A DNA stretch of 64,000 bases, taken from Aquificaceae bacterium. GTDB taxonomy: Bacteria > Aquificota > Aquificia > Aquificales > Aquificaceae. The stretch covers positions 32,001 through 96,000 of the forward strand of contig JAXSNR010000002.1 in NCBI GenBank assembly GCA_037925075.1. The letters are read 5' to 3'. A program made the position numbers and the translations under genes. Below are positions 40,313 through 47,647 of this stretch, piece by piece. The notes under the pieces are model-generated. The model was not told where the DNA came from, did no database searches, and worked only from the letters and a program-made list of their open reading frames with translations. Each line of letters begins with the position of its first letter. The first letter of the stretch is position 1.

Positions 40313-40849
40313 TTATTTGATAATGTTCTTTGACCTACCCCAAATAAGACCTTCAACGCCTTCTGCGTATATGTCCCCTGTAGTGGGTTCAAACTTGAGG
40401 ATGATCTGGGGTAACCACTGTGAAGCATGTCCTTGATAGGTCTGTCCGTTCTTTGCTGGGTCAAACATGCTGTAATGACATTTGCATATAAACCTTTTCT
40501 TCTCATAATTGACAGGACAGCCCTGATGAGTACAGAGAGCGGAAAAGGCCACTATATCCCTTTGGGGTCCTACACCTCCGATGGCTTCTTTCCCTAACTT
40601 TACCAGTATGGCATGGCTTGACTCATCAGGATATTTGAAGAGAACAGGTTGGTCCTCTTTGAGATCCCTTATGTTTGCCACCTTCACCTTCTTATAAGGT
40701 AGGGAAGGGGCAACAGAGGCATGTGCCTTACCAACCGTGGCACCAGCTAAAACAGTTGCAGCCCCAGAGATTTTTAAAAAGTCTCTCCTGTCCACGGACA
40801 GGCTACAGTCGGCTTGGTAGCATGTATCCATCTTGCTCTTCCTCTTCAT
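40313..40849 (-). CDS. aioB: Arsenite oxidase small Rieske subunit
   Basis: Tat signal DRRDFLK, YPD, GGVGPQRDIVAFSALCTHQGC, CKCHYSMFDP, LIWGR; directly upstream of aioA. Confidence 0.93.
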   Translation of the reverse strand: MKRKSKMDTCYQADCSLSVDRRDFLKISGAATVLAGATVGKAHASVAPSLPYKKVKVANIRDLKEDQPVLFKYPDESSHAILVKLGKEAIGGVGPQRDIVAFSALCTHQGCPVNYEKKRFICKCHYSMFDPAKNGQTYQGHASQWLPQIILKFEPTTGDIYAEGVEGLIWGRSKNIIK

Positions 40850-40885
40850 GACCTATACCTCCTAACTTTTCTGAACTTTTTATTT

Positions 40886-40902
40886 TGCAAATTAAGTGCC
40901 AA
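40886..40902 (-). promoter_or_regulatory. Sigma-54 (-24/-12) promoter of aioBA
   Basis: Minus strand reads TTGGCAC-TTAAT-TTGCA, 36 nt upstream of the aioB ATG. Confidence 0.85.
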
Positions 40903-40953
40903 TTTTTAAAACCTTAAAAAAACATAGATTTTTCATATTTCTAAAAGAATGTT

Positions 40954-40992
40954 TGCTCAAATTTTTAACAGATAATGTTCAAAAACGGTACA
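40954..40992. promoter_or_regulatory. Putative tandem enhancer-binding-protein sites
   Basis: TGCTCAAATTTTTAACA (40954-40970) and TGTTCAAAAACGGTACA (40976-40992), both TGY-N11-ACA, 22 bp apart. Confidence 0.5.
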
Positions 40993-41040
40993 TTTAAATC
41001 TTCCATTTTATTTTATAAAATGATTTTTTAGTTATTTAAT

Positions 41041-41405
41041 GCTTTGATAAATAATATTTAGAGAGGTGTATATGAAAAACGACAAGCCAATGAGCATAGA
41101 TTGGAAAATATACAACCATAAGCTTGTAAAACAGAGAGCCAAAAGTAGGCAAACTATCAGAGGAGAGTGATTAAGAAAGAAGTGTGGAAAGAAATATAGT
41201 AGATAGAACTGCAATGTGGCGTATAAGGTAAGCGACAGTGAAGAGCCTTGTGTGGAGTTAAGGGGAAAATGCAAGTAGTAGGACAAGGGAGGAGGTGGTT
41301 AGTTGAGAGTTTTCCCCTGCCCTTAAGCGATAGTTTTGGGAGTATGTGAGGGTTTTTTGTGGCTGGAGAAGTAGACAGAAAACTGAACCTCTTATTGGGC
41401 AAAGC
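41041..41405 (+). mobile_element. Internally deleted IS5-family (IS903-like) element
   Basis: Imperfect terminal inverted repeats GCTTTGATAAATAA / TTATTGGGCAAAGC; transposase fragments IDWKIYNHKLVKQR and GRRWLVESF..LKR*FGEYVR; flanks TTATTTAAT / TTTTTGAAT. Confidence 0.62.
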
Positions 41406-41504
41406 TTTTTGAATATGCTACCGCCAATCTATAAACCCAAAAGAAAAAACAAAATAGCAAAGCTCTCCTAACACAACATCGTAGAAGATGCTATAATCTT
41501 ACCA

Positions 41505-42119
41505 ATGATGCAAGAAATCATATCAAGGCTTGAAAAGGTTTTTCCAGATAAGTTAGAGCTGAACTTTTCAAACCCCCTTGAGCTTCTTGTGGCGGTCATA
41601 CTTGCGGCACAGGCAACGGATAAAAAGGTAAACGAGCTTACGAAGGACCTATTCAAAAAATACAAAAGCTGTGAAGATTATCTAAGGGTTCCCATTGAAG
41701 AGCTTGAAAGAGACATAAGCTCCATAAACTACTACAAGAACAAGGCAAAGTTCATAAAATCTGCCTGTCAGAAGATTATGGAGTATCACGGAGGAAAAGT
41801 GCCAGACACTATGGAAGAATTAACAAAGCTTCCGGGTATTGGCAGGAAAAGTGCTAACATAATACTTTACAATGCTTTTAAGAAGAACGAGGGCATTGCG
41901 GTGGATACGCACGTGTCAAGGGTAAGTCAAAGGCTTGGATTAACAACTGAGAGCAAGCCCGAAAAGATTGAGCAAGACCTCATGAAGCAAGTCCCAACAG
42001 AGCTATGGGGCAAGTTTTCAAACCTTCTCATACTACTTGGTAGATACATATGCACGGCAAAAAAACCAAAGCATCATGAGTGCCCCCTTTATGACCTTTG
42101 CCCTTCGAGGGAGTTATGA
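41505..42119 (+). CDS. nth: Endonuclease III
   Basis: [32 protein letters not shown]-terminal Fe-S cysteines. Confidence 0.94.
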   Translation: MMQEIISRLEKVFPDKLELNFSNPLELLVAVILAAQATDKKVNELTKDLFKKYKSCEDYLRVPIEELERDISSINYYKNKAKFIKSACQKIMEYHGGKVPDTMEELTKLPGIGRKSANIILYNAFKKNEGIAVDTHVSRVSQRLGLTTESKPEKIEQDLMKQVPTELWGKFSNLLILLGRYICTAKKPKHHECPLYDLCPSREL

Positions 42120-42949
42120 TAGGCATAATAGGTGGTAGTGGGCTTTACAGGCTTGAGGATGTTGAAGTTATTGAGAAGGTAAAACTCAAAACTCCCTTTG
42201 GCGAGCCTTCTTCTGATATACTGCTGGCACGAATTGAGGGCAAAAGGGTGTGCTTTTTGGCAAGGCACGGCGAAGGGCACATCTACCCTCCTCACCTTGT
42301 ACCTTACAGGGCAAACCTATGGGCTTTCAGAGAGCTTGGTGTTAAGAGGGTCCTTGCCATATCCGCGGTGGGTAGCATAAACAGAAGATTCAGAGCTGGA
42401 GATTTTGTGGTAGTGGATGACCTAATTGACTTTACCAAAGGGAGAGAAGAAACCTTCTACGAAGGAAAGTTTTCCCTTTCAGTGGAGGGCGAGGATAAGG
42501 TAGCCAAGCTTTTAAGGGAAGGTAAGGTGGTTCACATAGATGTTAGCCATCTTTACTGTCCGCAGATGAGAGGAGTGCTTATAGAAGTTCTTGAATCTCT
42601 TAAGCTATCCTATCATCCTTCTGGAGTTTATGCATGCACCGAAGGTCCAAGGTTTGAAACACCAGCGGAGATAAGAGCTATAGAGAAGCTCGGCGGAGAT
42701 GTGGTGGGTATGACAGGCTATCCTGAGGTGGTCCTTGCCAGAGAGCTCACCATGTGCTATACAAGCCTGTGTGTTGTGGCAAATCCCGCCGCAGGTATAG
42801 CTGGCTACAGGCTAACCAGTGATGAAGTGCTAAACCTTATGAAGGAAAAGGAGAAAGACATAGGTAGAGTAATCTTAGAGTTTATAAAGGTTCTTCCCGA
42901 GAAAAGAACCTGCGAATGCGAACGCATACTTGAAGGTGCAGAAGTCTAA
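42116..42949 (+). CDS. mtnP: S-methyl-5'-thioadenosine phosphorylase
   Basis: [39 protein letters not shown] 42116. Confidence 0.9.
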   Translation: MIGIIGGSGLYRLEDVEVIEKVKLKTPFGEPSSDILLARIEGKRVCFLARHGEGHIYPPHLVPYRANLWAFRELGVKRVLAISAVGSINRRFRAGDFVVVDDLIDFTKGREETFYEGKFSLSVEGEDKVAKLLREGKVVHIDVSHLYCPQMRGVLIEVLESLKLSYHPSGVYACTEGPRFETPAEIRAIEKLGGDVVGMTGYPEVVLARELTMCYTSLCVVANPAAGIAGYRLTSDEVLNLMKEKEKDIGRVILEFIKVLPEKRTCECERILEGAEV

Positions 42950-43854
42950 ACACTTACCTCTTGGAGGAACTTACTAAACTCCTCAATAAAGTTTCTCACC
43001 GCTGGGCTGTGAGGTCTGTCCTTACTGTAAAGCATGTAGAACTTTCTTGTGGGTACTTCAATGCCGCTAACCTTCAACACTTTTACCCCTTCACCATCAA
43101 TCCCTTTTAAAACATGGGAAGAAAGGTAAGAGACTGCTCTAATCCTTCTTAGCACATCCAATATAACCTCATTTTTATTCACAGTTAGAACCACCTTAAG
43201 CCCCTTCACATCCACCCCCAAAGATTTCAATAAGCTCTCCATGAACTTTCTTGTGCCTGATGTCTCTTCTCTGAGAACAAAAGGCATGTTGATAAGCTCC
43301 TCAAGGGTAAGCACCTCTTTGATCTTCTTACCACCTACAAAGAGTATGCTGTCTTCCCAAACTTCGCTTACTTGAATTCTCTTGTCCTGTTGAACAAAAC
43401 CCGTAAAACCTACATCCACCACCCCCTGTTCCACCTTTTTAAGCACTATCTCGGAATCCTCCACCATCAGGTCTATCTGAGTGTTGGGATTTTTGCTGAT
43501 ATATCTACCTATAAACTCTGGCAGGAGATAGGCTCCCGGTATTGAGCTTGCACCTATTTTTATATAACCCTTGTAGGAGCCTGTGAGGAGCTTTATCTCT
43601 TCTACTACAGAAAGTTTTAGCTCAAGTAGTTTCCTTGCATAGGGATATAGCATGTGTGCGTTGCTCGTGGGAAGCAATCTCCTACCCTTTCTGTAAAAAA
43701 GTTTAAGCCCTATGGACTTTTCAAGTTGATGAAGATGAAAGCTTATAGTGGATTGCGAAAGGTGAAGGCAATTAGAGCTTTCCGAGAGGCTTCCCTTTTC
43801 ATAAACACAACAGAAAAGTTCAAACAATCTCAGGTCAAGGTCCATGTTTTTCAT
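42946..43854 (-). CDS. LysR-family transcriptional regulator
   Basis: N-terminal [39 protein letters not shown]. Confidence 0.9.
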   Translation of the reverse strand: MKNMDLDLRLFELFCCVYEKGSLSESSNCLHLSQSTISFHLHQLEKSIGLKLFYRKGRRLLPTSNAHMLYPYARKLLELKLSVVEEIKLLTGSYKGYIKIGASSIPGAYLLPEFIGRYISKNPNTQIDLMVEDSEIVLKKVEQGVVDVGFTGFVQQDKRIQVSEVWEDSILFVGGKKIKEVLTLEELINMPFVLREETSGTRKFMESLLKSLGVDVKGLKVVLTVNKNEVILDVLRRIRAVSYLSSHVLKGIDGEGVKVLKVSGIEVPTRKFYMLYSKDRPHSPAVRNFIEEFSKFLQEVSV

Positions 43855-43913
43855 GGTATTAGCTTAAATATAAATGTGTAAGGGTTTCAATGAAAAGGGT
43901 CATAGGTTTTTGC

Positions 43914-44873
43914 TCAAAAATTTACCTTTTCCTCCACCACAAAGGGTTTATCTTCTCTCGTTCTGTAGTATATCCTCACAAGGAGCTCCGCTATTATGCC
44001 CGTGGATAAAAGCTGTATGCCTGCAAGAGTGAAGAGGACGCTTAGAATAAGCAAAGGCCTTCTTCCAATATCTTCATCAAGAAAGAGCTTTATAAATACA
44101 AGGTAAAAAAGCATAGCCAGTCCAAGGCTAAGAAGCAAAAAGCCCAAAGTTCCGAAGACATACATGGGTTTGTTTATGTATTCGTTTAAAAACTTCACCA
44201 AGAATATGTCAAGTATCACCCTCACAGTCCTACCTATGCCGTACTTGGACTTTCCGTACATTCTGGGGTGATGCCTAACGGGGATCTCCGTTATCTTTGC
44301 ACCAAGCCTTTTGGTAAGGGCCGGTAAAAACCTGTGCATATCTCCGTATAGCTCAAGCCTTTTTATTATGTGTGCCCTATATGCCTTTAGAGTGCAACCA
44401 TAATCATGAAGTTTTACTCCCGTCACCTTTGATATAATCCAGTTGGCTATAATAGAGGGAAGCCTTCTTGAAAGGAATGGGTCCTTTCTGTCCTTTCTCC
44501 ACCCGCTTACTATGTCGTAGCCCTTTTCCAGTTCCTGCAAGAGCAAAGGAATATCTTCTGGGTCGTTTTGAAGGTCTGCATCCAAGGTTATGATCACTTC
44601 TCCACTGGCATGTTGAAAGCCTGCATACATGGCGGCGGTCTGTCCGTAGTTTTTCCTGAAGCGTATAAGCTTGACCCTTTTGTCCCTCTCCGCAATTTCC
44701 TTTAGCCTTTCCCATGTGCCATCCAAGGACCCATCATCCACAAAGAGAATCTCATACTCCCTTCCGAGGCTGTCAAGGACCCTTTTAAGCCTTTCGTAAA
44801 GCACTGGTATATTGTCCTCTTCGTTGTAAGCGGGGATAACCACAGAAAGGTATGTGCTTTTTTCAGACCTCAT
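43914..44873 (-). CDS. GT2 polyprenyl-phosphate glycosyltransferase (ArnC/GtrB-like)
   Basis: VVIPAYNEE, VDDGS, NYGQTAA, LDADLQNDP, two C-terminal TM helices. Confidence 0.9.
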   Translation of the reverse strand: MRSEKSTYLSVVIPAYNEEDNIPVLYERLKRVLDSLGREYEILFVDDGSLDGTWERLKEIAERDKRVKLIRFRKNYGQTAAMYAGFQHASGEVIITLDADLQNDPEDIPLLLQELEKGYDIVSGWRKDRKDPFLSRRLPSIIANWIISKVTGVKLHDYGCTLKAYRAHIIKRLELYGDMHRFLPALTKRLGAKITEIPVRHHPRMYGKSKYGIGRTVRVILDIFLVKFLNEYINKPMYVFGTLGFLLLSLGLAMLFYLVFIKLFLDEDIGRRPLLILSVLFTLAGIQLLSTGIIAELLVRIYYRTREDKPFVVEEKVNF

Positions 44874-45525
44874 ACTTTCCCTCCGACCTCATGACCACTA
44901 TGGTTCTGTTGCCCTTTTCTCTTATGTCTTCAACCTTGTAGTCGTAAAAGTTTATTCTTTCAAGGTCTGAGAAGCTTAGGTTTTTCTCCGCTATGTACCT
45001 TAGGGTATAGGCATAATGCTTATAAGGTACTTTTACCTTCTGGTCCCTTCTGTAGTATTCAAAGCTCAAAAGTCTCTGTGCATGCCTTAGGTCAAAGAGC
45101 TTCTCATATAACTTGCCTGTAAGTAAAACCACAACTTTTTCAGAAAGGAGCCTTTTTGAGAGATTTCTTATGTGCTCTCTCCAGAAATCCATAAGAGTCT
45201 TGTTTCTGTATGGCTCTTTCCAAGATACTGGTGCAAAGGGGATGCAAGCGGTAGGCTTTATAAGACCATACATTGGAGATATAACCCACGAATTTTCCCT
45301 TATGTAGCTCTTCACGGGAGGGGGCAAAACCCACAGTTCAAGGCTCTCCCAAAAGGCTCCACCAAGCCTCCTGTACAAGGGTGCAAGGGAAGTATCCTTT
45401 ACAAACTCCTTCTCAATGGATCTGGCAAAAGGTTCAAACTCCTCCAACCAAAACCTGCCTTCATTACAGTCTTTAAACACAAACCTCTTCTGTACGGTGC
45501 TGTAGGGTAGAAGGAAAAGAAACAT
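44863..45525 (-). CDS. YaaA (DUF328)-like protein
   Basis: LYRRLGGAFW, VISPMYGLIKP and FWR resemble the YaaA core. Confidence 0.6.
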   Translation of the reverse strand: MFLFLLPYSTVQKRFVFKDCNEGRFWLEEFEPFARSIEKEFVKDTSLAPLYRRLGGAFWESLELWVLPPPVKSYIRENSWVISPMYGLIKPTACIPFAPVSWKEPYRNKTLMDFWREHIRNLSKRLLSEKVVVLLTGKLYEKLFDLRHAQRLLSFEYYRRDQKVKVPYKHYAYTLRYIAEKNLSFSDLERINFYDYKVEDIREKGNRTIVVMRSEGKYEV

Positions 45526-45542
45526 GCCTAAAATTATAAGGC

Positions 45543-46292
45543 ATGAGGCTCAAAAAACACTTAGGTCAGCACCTTCTCGTGGCCAAAGGCGTGCTAGAGC
45601 GTATAGTGGAGTTTTTGGACCTTAAAGAAGAGGACCTTGTGGTTGAAATAGGTCCGGGTACAGGCAACTTAACAAGGGAAATACTCAAAAAAAACTTTAA
45701 GGAGCTTCACCTACTGGAGATAGACCCTCAGATGGTGGAGGTCCTTCAGAAAAACCTGAGGGACATAAGGGTGTTTATTCACAATGAGGATGCGGTCAGT
45801 TTTGACCTTTGTTCTCTGGGAGAAAGCCTAAAGGTGGTAGGAAACCTGCCCTACAATGTGGCAAGCCTTATACTGGAAAAAACAGTCCTTCAACACGCCT
45901 GCATACCTATGGCTGTTTATATGCTACAAAAGGAGGTGGCTGAGAAAATCCAAAAGGGTCCTTCATGGCTTTCCACCTTTGTAAGAACCTTTTACAAGGT
46001 GGAGTATCTTATGAGCCTGCCCGCACGTTTTTTTATACCACCGCCCAAGGTTCAATCTGGACTTATAAGGCTTATAAGGAGAGAAGACCTTCCAGAAATA
46101 AGGCTTTTAGACTACAAGGGTTTTCTTACAAGGCTTTATTCCATGAGGAGAAAGGCTATAAAAAACAAACTTCCAGAGGATGTATTGCTTTCAGTGGGTA
46201 TAGACCCCATGTGTAGGGTAGAATCCCTTGAACCGGAAAAGGTTTTTATGATTTATAATATGCTTCAAAAACAAAGAGGTGAAATACTATGA
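45543..46292 (+). CDS. rsmA: 16S rRNA dimethyladenosine transferase
   Basis: KKHLGQHLL, EIGPGTG, VGNLPYNV, MLQKEVAE, PPPKVQS. Confidence 0.95.
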   Translation: MRLKKHLGQHLLVAKGVLERIVEFLDLKEEDLVVEIGPGTGNLTREILKKNFKELHLLEIDPQMVEVLQKNLRDIRVFIHNEDAVSFDLCSLGESLKVVGNLPYNVASLILEKTVLQHACIPMAVYMLQKEVAEKIQKGPSWLSTFVRTFYKVEYLMSLPARFFIPPPKVQSGLIRLIRREDLPEIRLLDYKGFLTRLYSMRRKAIKNKLPEDVLLSVGIDPMCRVESLEPEKVFMIYNMLQKQRGEIL

Positions 46293-47131
46293 TGGACACC
46301 TTTTTTATGGAGAGAGACCCATACGCACCCATAAGACATTGCTATCCAGTAAGCAACATACTTTATCATGGCAAAAGTGAGTATCAGGAAATCATGGTTG
46401 TAGAATCTCCACACTTTGGGAGAATCCTTGTCCTTGACGGTGTTGCTCAATGCGATGAGCGGTACGAGTTTATATACCACGAGTTTATGGCACATGTGCC
46501 TCTGTATGCTCATCCAAACCCAGAAAATGTTCTGATAATTGGGGGTGGGGACGGCGGAGTTCTAAGAGAAGTTCTCAAACATCCAGAGGTCAAAAGGGCT
46601 GTTCTTGTGGATATAGACAAGGAGGTTATAGAGGTTTCTAAAAGATTCCTTCCCACCATGGCGGTTGCCTTTGAGGATCCAAGGGCAATAGTCCTCAACG
46701 AGGACGGTTATAAGTACATCCAAGACTACGAGGACGAGTTTGATGTGATAATTGTGGATTCCACAGACCCCGTAGGCTTTGCCCATGTGCTTACCACGGA
46801 AGAGTTTTTTAAGTATGTTTATAGAGCCCTAAAAGAAGATGGCATATATGTAGGTCAGACAGAATCTATACACTACCACATTGAAATAGTAAGAAGAATA
46901 CAAAAGGCCCTCAAAAAGGTCTTTCCCATAGTGGACCTCTACACTGCGGTTATACCGGGATATGCTGGCTATTGGTGGACCATTTCCATAGCCTCCAAAA
47001 AGCATCCAGTGAGAGAACCCTCAAGAGAGGTAAAGGCTCAAACAAAGCTTTATTCCGCGGACATGCACAAGCACGCCTTTTTGCCTGAGAGCTTCTACAA
47101 CAAGCTTATATCGGGTGAGTACATGTTTTAG
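46289..47131 (+). CDS. speE: Polyamine aminopropyltransferase
   Basis: KSEYQEI, LVLDG, YHEFMAH, IIGGGDGG, IVDSTDP. Confidence 0.93.
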   Translation: MMDTFFMERDPYAPIRHCYPVSNILYHGKSEYQEIMVVESPHFGRILVLDGVAQCDERYEFIYHEFMAHVPLYAHPNPENVLIIGGGDGGVLREVLKHPEVKRAVLVDIDKEVIEVSKRFLPTMAVAFEDPRAIVLNEDGYKYIQDYEDEFDVIIVDSTDPVGFAHVLTTEEFFKYVYRALKEDGIYVGQTESIHYHIEIVRRIQKALKKVFPIVDLYTAVIPGYAGYWWTISIASKKHPVREPSREVKAQTKLYSADMHKHAFLPESFYNKLISGEYMF

Positions 47132-47568
47132 TATTTGCCGGTGATGTAATCCGCCACCGTGGTTGCCGCTATGGAGTGAGGTTTTACCACCGGCTTTAGC
47201 CCCTGTGCAAGCACATAGCCTATGGCTTCTTTTAGTATTACGCTGGAATTATGCTCTGGGTTTGGGTTTATGTCAAGATGGACCTCAAAGGGTCTTTTCC
47301 CCACAACCTCCGAGATCTCAAGGGCAAGATATACCGCCCTGCTTACTTCCTCAAGAAGCCTTTGACGCAAGGACCTTATGCGTGGTACCTTATCCACCTT
47401 CCAGAAGATCTTTGCCCCCCTGCAAGAATCTATATGTACCACCACCACAGAGACAAAAACAGTATGGTTTTTTACCTGCCTTGAATCACAACCCACATAC
47501 ACCGCGGTTTTTTGAGAAGTCCCCTTTATAAACTCCTTTACCTCTTTAATGTCCCTTATAAGAGGCAT
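47128..47568 (-). CDS. RNase H-like YkuK (DUF458) family protein
   Basis: VYVGCDS, SLRQRLLEEV, EVHLDIN, VKPHSIAATTVAD. Confidence 0.82.
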   Translation of the reverse strand: MPLIRDIKEVKEFIKGTSQKTAVYVGCDSRQVKNHTVFVSVVVVHIDSCRGAKIFWKVDKVPRIRSLRQRLLEEVSRAVYLALEISEVVGKRPFEVHLDINPNPEHNSSVILKEAIGYVLAQGLKPVVKPHSIAATTVADYITGKY

Positions 47569-47647
47569 AGGAATATTTTAATGTATACATAAACCAAGTG
47601 GTGAAACTCCTCCGAGTTTTAAGCCTAAAAACAACTCTTTATAAACT

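Noticed and set aside
38211..40436. Plus-strand ORFs of up to 187 aa inside aioA, and similar shadow ORFs across the window
   Set aside because: They lie antisense or out of frame within confidently identified genes and have no motifs.
41240..41265. TGTGTGGAGTTAAG, and ACGGTACATT at about 40985, resemble parts of Aquificae CRISPR repeats as I recall them
   Set aside because: Single partial matches with no repeat-spacer periodicity and no cas genes; better explained by the IS remnant and the activator box.
41032..41402. Minus-strand ORFs of 84 and 81 aa in the aio-nth gap
   Set aside because: Antisense to the transposase remnant, no recognisable motifs or start signals.
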